Source of the DNA: Octopus sinensis
Lineage: Eukaryota
DNA: 64,000 nt
NCBI RefSeq assembly: GCF_006345805.1
Contig: NC_043021.1
Coordinates: 9,114,001-9,178,000, forward strand
Direction of reading: 5' to 3'
The notes under the pieces were generated by a model that was not told the DNA's origin, ran no database searches, and saw only the letters and a program-made list of their open reading frames with translations. Positions 40,801-54,700 of this stretch are shown here, piece after piece. The stretch's first letter is position 1. Each line of letters begins with the position of its first letter. The translations under genes were made by a program, and so were the position numbers.

Positions 40801-43800
40801 TTAACCTTTCAACATCCAGTATAAAAGCTGCCGTCCCATCTCATATACTTTCCCCATGTAGTAGTGGAAGTTTTATCCTTTTCTTCTTTCCCTATTCTTT
40901 TTCTGTTTTGCAATTTACTTGGCAACTTCAGTAGACACTTGCCCAAGATCCCACTGCGTGGTAAGTGTCTTCTGCTATAGCCCCGGGCCAACCAATGCCT
41001 TGTGAGTGGATTTGGTAGACGGAAACTGAAAGAAGCCTGTCGTATATATGTATATATATATGTATGTGTGTGTGTGTGTGTGTGTTTGTGTTTGTACCCC
41101 TAGCATTGCTTGACAACCGATGCTGGTGTGTTTACGTCCCCGTTACTTAGCGGTTCGGCAAAAGAGACCGATAGAATAAGTACTGGGCTTACAAAGAATA
41201 AGTCCCGGGATCGATTTGCTCGACTAAAGGCAGTGCTGCAGCATGGCCGCAGTCAAATGACTGAAACAAGTAAAAGAGTAAAAGAGTAAGAGTAAAAGAG
41301 TGACATTATCACACACACACAAAAGGCCCCTAGTACACACTATAAAGTGGTTGGCATTAGTAAGGCTTCAAGCTGTAGAAACCATGTCAAAGCTGACACT
41401 GGAGCTCAGCATGGCCTTGCAGCATGCTGCTTTGTGTCAAACAGATTTTGTAGACATAAACTGAAAGAGGCCACACGTGTTGTGTGTGTGTGTGCACGTG
41501 CGCATAGATAAGTGCATGTGCAAGTTTCTGTAAATGATTTCATCTTTCCCTCATCTACACGTGCGTTTTGCAAGCTGGTTTTGTAAACAATGGCTTCGCT
41601 TAATGTTGTCATTTGCATGCCCCACTCCCCAGCGTGAAAACATAATCAGGCTTCTAGATGTTATGGCATGGTCTTTTTCGTGTCCCTTACTCTTCAGTTC
41701 TCCACTATAAACATGACTAGGTTTGTTTGTTGTTTGATAGACTGGGAGATTATTATCCTCTCTCTCTCTCTCTCTCTTTCGGAGAGGCACTGAGCACCTA
41801 CACGCACACACACACACACACACGGCAGTAACTTCCGCCTACTGAATTCAATCACAAAGCTTCGGTCGGCTCGGGGCTATAGCAGAAGACACCTGCCCAA
41901 AGTGCCATGCAGTGGGACTGAACCCGAAACCATGTAGCTAGGAAGCAAGCTCCCTAACCACACAGCCATGCCCACGCTTTAGAAACAGGTGGGGGTGGTG
42001 AGGAGGCAACAGGAAGGGCCAAACAGAGACACAAAGACAAACAAACGCATACACACACACGACAGGCTTCTTTCAGTTTCCTATTTATTTCCCACAAGGG
42101 GTTAAACATAGAGAGAACAAACAAGGACAGACAAATGGACCAAGTCGATCACATTGACCCCAGTGCGTAACAGGTACTTGATTTATCGACCCCGAAAGTA
42201 TGAAAGGCAAAGTCAACCTTGGCGGAATTTGAACTCAGAACGTAACGGCAGACCGCTAAGCATTTCGCCCGGCATGCTAACGTTTCTACCAGCTCACTGC
42301 CTTTCAGTTTCCATCTACCAAATCGATTCACAAGGCTTTGGCCAGCCTGAGGCTATAGTAGAAAACACTTGCCTAAAGAATTGCATACAGTGGGAGTGAA
42401 CCAAAAACCATGTGGTGTGGAAGCAAGCTTCTAACCACATGCCCGGTCCCTCAACTGGGTCCACATTTGAAAGGGCTCTCTTTAAACTCCCATGCATTCT
42501 CCAAATTTAATAGCCTTTCGTTGTAGCACTACAGAATCGCTAAGTGCAAGTAAGTATACCATTATCCATTCATAAACACTCCTTTTCCACAACATCTTGA
42601 CTTTCTCAGACAGACTGCCTTGCAATCCGGAACACTCCAAGAATTTAGTCCTTGCATTGCATAACATTGGCAAACCTCTTCTTTTCTACTTCTCCCATTG
42701 CTAAATAAATTTGCTGCCTAGCTTCTTCTCTAGCTACATGATATAATTATCCATGTCTCCTATTTTTACAAGCCTGCTTCGTTGCTTTTATAGCTCTGTC
42801 TACAATTGTTCCACTACCATGATCACCTTCAGTCTGGTTAGAACTTTGCATCAGCCAGATTTGAAAGAAAGAGAGAGAGATGCTCTATGATATTTATTTA
42901 AATCACAGAAGGCCTTCACTTTCAAATTCACTAGGACCAATTCCAAATAAGGCAGAACTTAACTACAGTACCCACTATGACTATCCTGCCTCATATTCAA
43001 ATGTAGAATACATTCTCCAATGTAAATTGAGATGAATTTGACTGCTACTTCTAGCAAGCCTAGAGACACTGCAAAGTCTGCCCTTGCTAAGCCACTAATT
43101 ACAATGTTTATTGAGAAGGTTAAAGTACAGTTTTAATAATTTTTCTAAGTTAATTACTACAGAATGAGAGAGCAATTCAGACAAATGAAAAATATTTACC
43201 ACTGGATCAGTTACAAGATTGGTAGCTTCAATATCCATTAGTAACACCAAAGTATAACAGTACTTAAATGCCAAATATGACACACAAATGTAACAGATAG
43301 TTGTAACATCCAGCCGTAACAACCAGCTGCCACCAAGCTGAAGCATCTAACAGTAACACCTGACTATAACAGCCAGCAGTAACACACAACTGTAACAATC
43401 ATGTGAAAGCCAGCTGTAACACCGAACTGTGACATGAAGTATAATACCCTGCTGTAACACCAAGATGTAACAGCCAGTAGCAATGTCAAGCTATGACAAC
43501 CAACTGTAACACCAAGGTGTAACAGCCAGTAGTAACATCAAGCCATGACAACCAACTGTAACACCAAGGTGTAACAGCCAGCTGTAACACCAAACTGTGA
43601 CAATTCATAAATAGAGAAATAACAGCTAAAATCAGTTAAAAACTAAGGTGACATTTTCAGTTTACTTACTTTTGGCTGTTGTTGTTGTTGTTGCTCATTA
43701 ACACACTCGCCTCCTCCTCCTCCTCCACCGCCGCCACCTCCTATAGACTTGTACAAAGTTTCCCAGCTGTTGGATTGTTGAGAAAGCTGCCAAAGAGAGG

Positions 43801-45647
43801 GAGAGAGCAGATGAAACACATACATACATTCATATATATATGTACACTAGCTTAACCCTTTAGTATTTAAACCGGCCATATCCGGCCAAAATAGTTAATC
43901 TGATTTATGTTCAAACTGACCAGATCCAGGCCCTCACACCTACCCTACAATGTTATTCTACATTAAGTAATTACACCATCAAGATCTTGAAGATATGAGA
44001 TAATGCATGATTAATTCAAATCAATGTGAATCAATAGGCATTATGTTTGATGGAATAATCTGAACACTAAAGGGTTAATTCATTCAATTGAAAAAACTGC
44101 ATTATTTATGGGATGACTCGAGCCAATATTTCTGACATGCTGTGAAATCCTAGTTGTCTAATACTCTGTACACTAAGTCATTCAAACTGTTCCCAGCAGT
44201 CTACCAATCGCGCTGTAATTAATTATCGCAAGAAAAATCAGTTGAAACCTACCCGAAGGTACTTCTGACTTGCCAATGCTGATTCAATGGTGAAATTAAG
44301 AGGTACTTTACGCTTCAGACCAACACTGATTTTTCGCTTCAATCCTTTACACTGTATATAGTTGGAAGTATCTGGCAGAGAATCCTGCAAAATGACACCA
44401 AAAATACAATAATGATTACCAGAGCATTTACTGTTGGCCTTAGGAAGTATGGTTACAACGACAAAGCAAGCAGACAAACAGGGACAAAGAGGGCCAGGGT
44501 TGTGACGGCTTGGATAATCTGAAGAACACACACATGCATACACACGTGCACACAAATGTAACAGACAGCTGTGACGTTCAGCCATGACAACCAATCATGC
44601 CGCCAATCTTTAACATTTAACAGTAACACCTGACTAAAGCAACCAGCAATGACACTTAATTACAACAGTTAACAAGGTGTGCATGCACACACACACACAC
44701 ACACATATTAGCAGGGCTATGGTGGTTTCAATATCCTGTGGAACACAAGGACACACAGCAGGATCAGAAATGTAATGGCTTAGACCAGTGGTTTTCAACC
44801 AGGGTTCCTCGGAACCTTAGGGTTCCGCCAGTACAGTCCAGGGGTTCCGCAAGAAGTTACAAAACTGCTAAAAATCGGCAGTAATTTTTAATTCTCCTGT
44901 GCAGATATGTGTGCATAAGACTATTAAATTATTGCACAGGGTTTCCTCAAGCCAGTGGAATGTTTCCTTGGGGTTCCGCTCCAGCAAAATGTTTGAAAAG
45001 CACTGGCTTAGACAATATAAGGACCACACACATATACTTACATACACAATATCAGGGTCAGACATTATTTACAACTGATGGATATTTATCCTCATCTTGT
45101 TTGTTGTTAACACGTTTCGGCTGATATATCCTCCAGCCTTCATCAGGTGTCTTGGGGAAATTTCGAACCTGGATTCTCGTTCCTAAGGTATTTTTCAATG
45201 TTGATATTGCTGTTATTATTATTCAGGTCACTGCCTGGAATCGAACTTGAAATCTTGGGTTTAGTAGCCCAAGCTCTTAACCACTACACCATATGCCCAT
45301 GGGCCCATGAGATTTACCCAAGACACCTGATGAAGGCTGGAGGGTATATCAGGCAAAACACTGTGTTAACAACAAACAAGATGAGGACAAATATCCGTCA
45401 ATTGTAAACAATGTACATAATTCCTCATCTCTTAAATATAGAACTGTATTATCAGGGTTAGAGTTATAATGGTCTATGCATAATAAACTTACACAGGTGC
45501 AGGTGTGGCAGTTTGCTTCTCAACCACATGGTTCTGGGTTCAGTCTCACTACATGGCACCTTGGGCAAGTGTCTTCTACTACAGCCTTGGGCTGACCAAA
45601 GCCTTGTGAGTGGATTTGGTGGACGGAAACTGAAAGAAGCTCCTCAA

Positions 45648-45729
<82 letters not shown>

Positions 45730-48700
45730 ATATTATATATATATATATATGTGTGTGTGTGTATATATATATATATTCTTTTATTTGATTGTCATTTGAC
45801 TACAGCCATGCTGGAGTACCACCTTTAGTCGAACAAATCAACCCCAGGACTTATTCTATGTAAGACTAGTACTTTATTCTATCAGTCTCTTTTGCCAAGC
45901 CACTAAGTTATAGGGATGTAAACAAACTTGCATCGGTTGTCAAGCGATGGTGGGGGGGGGAGACAAACACAAACATATACACAGATATATATATACATAC
46001 ACAACGGGCTTCTTTCACTTTCCATCTACCAAATACATTCACAAGGATTTGGTCAGCCTGAGGCAATAGTAGAAGACACTTGCCCAAGGTGCCACGCAGT
46101 GGGAATGAACCCGGAACGATGTGGTTGGTAAGCAAGCTACTTACCACAAAAGTAAAAGAATATGTACACACACACACAATTCCTAAACGGTAACATGCTA
46201 AGAGAAACAAACTGCACGGTGCATAATGTAGCATGGTATCATATAGCTTTGGCTGTGTAGTGTGTGACGTAGTATAGGGTTGCGTGATGTGGTGTAGTGA
46301 TAGCGTGGTGAGGTACTTACATCGATGAGATAGTCCCTAATATAGGTGACATGCAAGCAGTTGATGCTCGTCTTGCGTAGTGGTTTCACATGGTCCCAAT
46401 GGCGAGAATCAACGAAGACATAATTCACTCTATCAGCGACATCACCAGAGTTCTTGATAGGCAGTTTTATCACATACAACATGGCGCCACCATATGACAA
46501 GATCCTGAAACACAGAAAATGCGGAGATAGGTAAATAAATGGAAATACACAAGTGGAGGTGGAAGCACTCCGTCGGTTACGACGACGAGGGTTCCGGTTG
46601 ATCCGATCAACGGAACAGCCTGCTCGTGAAATTAACGTGTAAGTGGCTGAGCACTCCACAGACACGTGTACCCTTAACGTAGTTCTCGGGGATATTCAGC
46701 GTGACACAGAGAGTGAATGGCCGGCCCTTTGAAATACAGGTACAACAGAAACAGGAAGTAAGAGTGAGAGAAAGTTGTGGTGAAAGAGTACAGCAGGGAT
46801 CACCACCATCCCTGCCGGAGCCTCATGGAGCTTTAGGTGTTTTCGCTCAATAAACACTCACAACGCCCGGTCTGGGAATCGAAACCACGATCCTACGACC
46901 GCGAGTCTGCTGCCCTAACCACTGGGCCATTGCACCTCCACAAATACACAAGTAAATATAAGGGAAACAAAGCCACTGCCTTGGCACCCAGGCCACATTC
47001 CTTGTGCACCCCCTCCCCCATCAACTAACCATCACAAACACAGACCTCTTTCTGAAGCAAATTCAAAGCAACTGCATTTCACAAATAAAACTTAACGTAA
47101 TTAACATACTCTCTCTTTAACTCTTTTACTTGTTTCAGTCATTTGACTGCGGCCATGCTGGAGCACCGCCTTTAGTCGAGCAAATTGACCCCGGGACTTA
47201 TTCTTTGTAAGCCCAGTACGTATTCTATCGGTCTCTTTTGCCGAACCGCTAAGTAACAGGGACGTAAACACACCAGCATCGGTTGTCAAGCAATGCTAGG
47301 GGGACAAACACAGACACACAAACATATACACACACACATATATATATATACATATATACGACAGGCTTCTTTCAGTTTCCGTCTACCAAATCCACTCACA
47401 AGGCTTTGGTTGGCCCGGGGCTATAGCAGAAGACACTTGCCCAAGATGCCATGCAGTGGGACTGAACCCGGAACCATGTGGTTGGTTAGCAAGCTACTTA
47501 CCACACAGCCACTCCTGCGCCTATATATTTTATTCTTTTAATCTTTTTACATTAATTACCCACTTTTGGCGACCCCATTAATTATTGCCCCCACTTTTCT
47601 TCAATGCCCTCTTGGAAAATCTCACCACCACCGGTGAGGGGGGGGGCAGTACCACCCACTTTGAGAACCAGTGTACTATATCCTCAAGCCAACCAAAGCC
47701 TTTTGAGTGGATTCGGTAGACAGAAACTGAAAGAAGCATGTCATGTGCACATATCATCATCATCATCGTTTAACGTCCGCTTTCCATGCTAGCATGGGTT
47801 GGACGATTTGACTGAGGACTGGCAAACCAGATGGCTGCACCAAGCTCCAGTCTGATCTGGCAGGGTTTCTACAGCTGGATGCCCTTCCTAATGCCAAACA
47901 CTCCGAGAGTGTAGTGGGTGCTTTTACGTGCCATAATTGATAAAACAAAAATGTTGAGATGGTCATGGAAGGATTACTTTTGATCATATGTCTGCTAGAT
48001 CAGGACTGACCTAGGGCTAAATAACAACTGGAGTGACAAACTTACCTTTGATAAATAATTCTTCTCCGGTTACTTTTAACAAGAACAGCTACTTTCCAGT
48101 TGTTGAAAGCAAGTCCTTTGTTCTGCTGGATCAACTTGCGCCACCGAGACGGAGCTTCGCACATGTGCATCTGGTTGGAGTCCCTTGGTTCCGCCTGGTG
48201 AGGCCCCCACTCATAATTATATTCTTGCACCCACATTCCATTTTTGGCACTGTCGTAGATGAAGTCAGGAGTAAGTATCCACACACCTAGAAATACAACC
48301 AAATGGAAAAAATTTTCACACCGGAATTGAAACAACAAAGAAGGACAAAAAAAAAAAAAAGACAGAAGAATGGGATGGATGGAAGCACTCCGTGGGTTAC
48401 GACGACGAGGGTTCCGGTTGATCCGAATCAACGGAACAGCCTGCTCGTGAAATTAACGTGTAAGTGGCTGAGCACTCCACAGACACGTGCACCCTTAACG
48501 TAGTTCTCGGAGATATTCAGCGTGACACAGAGAGTGACAAGGCCGGCCCTTTGAAATACAGGTAGAACAGAAACAGGAAGTAAGAGTGAGAGAAAGTTGT
48601 GGTGAAAGAGTACAGCAGGGATCACCACCATCCCCTGCCGGAGCCCCGTGGAGCATTTAGGTGTTTTCGCTCAATAAACACTCACAAAAGCCCGGTCTGG

Positions 48701-51700
48701 GAATCGAAACCGCGATCCTACAACCGCGAGTCCGCTGCCCTAACCACTGGGCTATTGCGCCTCCTATGAAAATTATATATCACTAGCTGGACCTGTGAAA
48801 AATTCACAGAAAACATTAAAAAATGTAAGCATCTGTAAAGTAAACAGTGTACTGGTGCCATGAGAAATGTTTGTATATTATGACCATCTGTCTTTATGTT
48901 CTGAGTTCAAATTCTTCCAAGATCGACTTTGCCTTTCATCCTTTCAGGGTCGATAAATTAAGTATCAGTTGTGTACTGGGGTTAATTTAATCAACTGGCC
49001 CCCTCCCCACAAAAATTTCAGGCCTAGAAAAGTATATTTTGACAGTTACAGAATATAGAAAGTAATGTAACACCAATGACTATATAATCCAACCAAAATA
49101 TCTCAGTTACACAAACGTAAACAGAATTACTATTTAACCTTAGAATACATCGTACATATTCAAAGAACCTTAATGTACAAATTGAAATGGATTTATGAAT
49201 GAAAATTTCCACCACGACACTTATTATTGCAAACGTGTTTTAACTGACCTAAACTACACACACAAATACATTCAAAATCGATCAACATCAATGGAAATTG
49301 TAGCTGTAATACCAGTGCTGGTGGCACGTAAGAGAAGCATCCGAACGTGGCCATTGCCAGCGCCGCCCCGACTGGCCTCCGTGCCAGTGGCACGTAAAAA
49401 GCACCATCCGATCGTGGCCGTTTGCCAGCCTCGTCTGGCACCTGTGCAGGTGGCACGTAAAAAGCACCCACTACACTCACGGAGTGGTTGACGTTAGGAA
49501 GGGCATCCAGCTGTAGAAACACTGCCAGATCAGACTGGGCCTGGCACAGCCTTCTGGCTTCCCAGACCCCAGTTGAGCCGTCCAACCCATGCTAGCATGG
49601 AAAACGGACGTTAAACGATGATGATGATGATTATGATACATATGTCTCAAGTTGTAGCCGTAATTCAAAGGGGCTAGCCTTGTCATATTCTGTGTGAAGC
49701 TGAATCTCCCTGAGAACTAAGTTAATGATATGCATGTCTGTGGAGTACTCAGCCATTTGTGAGTTAATTTTATCCTCATGTGGTAATGGAAAGTGAAACT
49801 GACAGCCAATATTTGCTGTGTCTATTTATCTATATATGAACTTTTCTTTGGATTTATGTATCTACTGCTTCTCTCATTTTCTCTCTTCCACTTCCTTTGT
49901 GTCCCACTTCTATTTCCTTACTACCCACAAGGGACTAAACACAGAAAGGACAAACAAGGACAGACAAACGGATTAAGTCGATTACGTCGACCCCAGTGCG
50001 TAACTGGTACTTATTTAATCGACCCCGAAAGGATGAAAGGCAAAGTCGACCTCGGCAGAATTTGAACTCAGAATGTAACGGCAAACGAAATACCTATTTC
50101 TTTATTACCCACAAGGGCCTAAACACAGAGGGGACAAACAAGGACAGACATAGGTATTAAGTCGATTACATCAACCTCAGTGCGTAACTGGTACTTATTT
50201 AATCGACCCCAAAAGGATGAAAGGCAAAGTCGACCTCGGCAGAATTTGAACTCAGAACGTAACGGCAGACGAAATACCGCTAAGCATTTCGCCAGGCGTG
50301 CTAACGATTCTGCCAGCTCACCGCCTTTTAGATGTGTGTCCCACTTCTCTCCCCACTTTTGATTTAACAATATGTATCTATGTATCTACTTCTCTTACAA
50401 TGTTTTTAAACATTTACAAACACAAAACGAACGCAGTCACCTCTCACTGTCTCTTTTGTTCTCTCTTTCTTTCTTACTCTCTTTCTCTTTCACGTCCTCT
50501 CTGAAACATTTAAAAACACAAAACAAACACCGTCACCACTCCCCGTCTCTTTCACTCTCTCTCTCTCTCTTACTTCCTCTCTGTCCTCCTCTTTCTAGCA
50601 TTGCCACTTCTTTGAAGTAAGTGTGACACACACAACAGGCACGTACAAAAACAAAAAGCATGTTAATATTGATTATAAAAGCTTAGTGTATTTTTCCTTT
50701 TGTTTCAGACTAAATAAATTCAAATTTCTAAATTAGATAATGGCTACAGACTGAAATACAATTATAACCCACCACAAAGGAGGTGAAAGTCTGGAAAAAT
50801 AGTCAAGAAATTCCAAGAGACTGGTTCCACTGCTGATCGACCTCAACATGACCAAAAAAGAAGTGTGTGGACCCCTCAGTTTATCAGAAGTACCAGAGAA
50901 AAGATACGGCAAAATCCTCATCATTTCTAAATTAGATAGTGGCTATAGACTGAAATACAATTATAACCCACCACAAGGAGGTGAAAGTCTGGAAAAATGT
51001 CAAGAAGAAATCCAAGAGACTGGTTCCACTGCTGATCGACCTCAACATGACCAAAAAAGAAGTGTGTGGACCCCTCGGTTTATCAGAAGTACCAGAGAAA
51101 AGATACGGCAAAATCTCATCATTTCTAAATTAGATAGTGGCTATAGACTGAAATACAATTATAACCCACCACAAAGGAGGTGAAAGTCTGGAAAAATAGT
51201 CAAGAAATTCCAAGAACTGGTTCCACTGCTGATCGACCTCAACATGACCAAAAAAGAAGTGTGTGGACCCCTCAGTTTATCAGAAGTACCAGAAGAAGAT
51301 ACGGCAAAATCCTCATCATTTCTAAATTCGATAGTGGCTATAGACTGAAAACAATTATAACCCACCACAAAGGAGGGAAAGTCCTGGAAAAAATAGTCAA
51401 GACTTCCCAAGAGACTGGTTCCAACTGCTGATCGCCTCAACATGAACCAAAAAAGAAGTATGTGAACCCCTCAGTTTATCAGAAGTACCAGAGAAAAGAT
51501 ACGGCAAAATCCTCATCATTTCTAAATTAGATAGTGGCTATAGACTGAAATACAATTATACCCACCACAAAGGAGGTGAAAGTCTGGAAAAATAGTCAAG
51601 AAATTCCAAGAGACTGGTTCCACTGCTGATCGACCTCACATGACCAAAAAAGAAGTGTGTGGACCCCTCGGTTTATCAGAAGTACCAGAGAAAAGATACG

Positions 51701-54700
51701 CAAATCCTCATCATTTCTAAATTAGATAGTGGCTATAGACTGAAATACAATTATAACCCACCACAAAGGAGGTGAAAGTCTGGAAAAATAGTCAAGAAAT
51801 TCCAAGAGACTGGTTCCACTGCTGATCGACCTCAACATGACCAAAAAAGAAGTGTGTGGACCCCTCAGTTTATCAGAAGTACCAGAGAAAGAGATACGGC
51901 AAAATCCTCATCATTTCTAAATTAGATAGTGGCTATAGACTGAAATACAATTATAACCCACCACAAAGGAGGTGAAAGTCTGGAAAAATAGTCAAGAAAT
52001 TCCAAGAGACTGGTTCCACTGCTGATCGACCTCAACATGACCAAAAAAGAAGTATGTGGACCCCTCAGTTTATCAGAGTACCAGAGAAAAGATACGGCAA
52101 AATCCTCATCATTTCTAAATTAGATAGTGGCTATAGACTGAATACAATTATAACCACCACAAAGGAGGTGAAAGTCTGGAAAAATAGTCAAGAAATTCCA
52201 AGACTGGTTCCACTGCTGATCGACCTCAACATGACCAAAAAAGAAGTGTGTGGACCCCTCGGATTGTTTATCAGAAGTACCAGAGAAAAGATACGGCCAA
52301 AATCCTCATCATTTCTAAATTAGATAGTGGCTATAGACTGAAATACAATTATAACCCACCACAAAGAGGTGAAAGTCTGGAAAAATAGTCAAGAATTCCA
52401 AGAGACTGGTTCCACTGCTGATCGACCTCAACATGACCAAAAAAGAAGTGTGTGGACCCCTCAGTTTATCAGAAGTACCAGAGAAAAGATACGGCAAAAT
52501 CCTCATCATTTCTAAATTAGATAGTGGCTATAGACTGAAATACAATTATAACCCACCACAAAGGAGGTGAAAGTCTGGAAAAATAGTCAAGAAATTCCAA
52601 GAGACTGGTTCCACTGCTGATCGACCTCAACATGACCAAAAAAGAAGTATGTGGACCCCTCGGTTTATCAGAAGTACCAGAGAAAAGATACGGCAAAATC
52701 CTCATCATTTCTAAATTAGATAGTGGCTATAGACTGAAATACAATTATAACCCACCACAAAGGAGGTGAAAGTCTGGAAAAATAGTCAAGAAATTCCAAG
52801 AGACTGGTTCCACTGCTGATCGACCTCAACGTGACCAAAAAAGAAGTGTGTGGACCCCTCGGTTTATCAGAAGTACCAGAGAAAAAAATATGGCAAAATC
52901 TTCATCATTCCAGTGAAAAGCTGACTGCTACAGTAAATATAACCTGAACATCGATGTATCAAGTGCTGAAGGAGGATCTCAGGACCCACTTCTACAAGAT
53001 GATCATGCAAGATGAACTCATGCAAATTTAGAAGGCCATGAGTCTGGAGAGAAGGCGTCTTGTCCTGCATCAGATTGCTGAAGGCACACTGCCCAACCTG
53101 ATGTTCACTGATGAAAAGAAATTTCACATTGAATAGACCTATAGGCGCAGGAGTGGCTGTGTGGTAAGTAGCTTGTTTGCCACCGGCACAGAAGCCAGTC
53201 AAGGCAGCGCTGGCATCAACCACATTCGGATGGTGCTTTTTATGTGCCACCAGCACAGGTATCACATTCTTCTACGTTTATAAAACAGATATAAAAATTC
53301 CAAATATATAAATATAAAAATACATATCAATAGATAAATATCGATGTGATATATAAAACATAATAATAATAAATTTTAGATTTAAAAGCTGTAATCCATT
53401 GGTGTAATGAAAATTTGAGATGATAAAACATTTCCATAGTCTTCTGATTATATGCTAATTAGGTAATATTAGATAACTATGAAGGTGGTAAACGCAATGT
53501 TTTAATTTTTCGAGTGGCTAGTATGTAATTGTATAATTGTTTTTTCTGTATTGTGTTTAAACATTCTGATGAGGGGGGTGTCAATTTTAAAAATATTAAA
53601 TATATCATATTACTTGACACGTCTCTGTAACGGCCTGTTGATGGAATTTTTTAATTTTTGTATTATTTTCATGGTATTTTAGTACGTCCTCTTTTAATGT
53701 TGTATCATCTCACATTTTTATGACACCAATGTATTACAACTTTTAAATCTAAAATCTATTATGTTTAATGTATCACATCGATATTTATCTATTTATATGT
53801 ATTTATATATTTATATATTTGGAATTTTTATATCCGTTTTATAAATGCATATTGACTCTCTCATCTCCGTGCCAATAGAGTAAATTGAGGAATGTTATTT
53901 TGATGTTTGAATATATTTGGTAATAAATATGTCCACACCTCTAGAGAAAGAAGAAAAGGAAAAAGCTCACATCCCAGTTGTAGGAAGCCTCCTACAACTA
54001 GGGATTGAGGTTGTAGGACATCCTTCCAGGTCCCACACACCTCCAAGAACAAGTTGCAGGCTTACTGCTGATTGTAGGTTTGTGTACAAACTGCGATATA
54101 ATCTTTAAAATAGACGCCTCTACCTTAGATCTAGACACATCTCGTTAACCCATGCGATGTATGATGCAGTATGCTTTTTCTTTTGAGCCCTTTTCATATT
54201 GCAGCTTGTTTGTCTTATTCATGCCAGACACCAAACTTGTATTTGTACTGAGTGAACAAATCTTTCAAGGGTTACGCAAAGTTTAATCAACCTGTGATTT
54301 GGCATTCAAAGAAGATGGCACAGATGATTAAGAAACCTTCTTCAAAGAGTGGTTTACAAACCTGTTTTGTCCTTCTGTACAAAAGTACTGTACCAGACAT
54401 AATATTTCCAGTTAAACATTGTTCTTTTTTGACAATGCATCAAGCCACTCAGAGAAATTAGATAAGCTTTCTAATAATGTGAGAATAGACTATATCTCCA
54501 AGAACACCGAATTTTGTTCCAAACATTAGATCACGGTGTGATGGCTAACTTCAAGATATACCATCTGAGAAAAAGTTTCAAACCAGTTATGAAAGTAATT
54601 GACAGAAAAAGACAAAAAGCACCATCCGAATCGTGGCCGAAGCCAGTGCCGCCTCGACTGGCTTCCATGCCAGTGGCACGTAAAATGCACCAATCCGACC

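Noticed and set aside
50724-52907. Regular repeat array as a CRISPR-like locus
   Set aside because: The units are contiguous, with no unique spacers and no cas genes, and they derive from a transposase.
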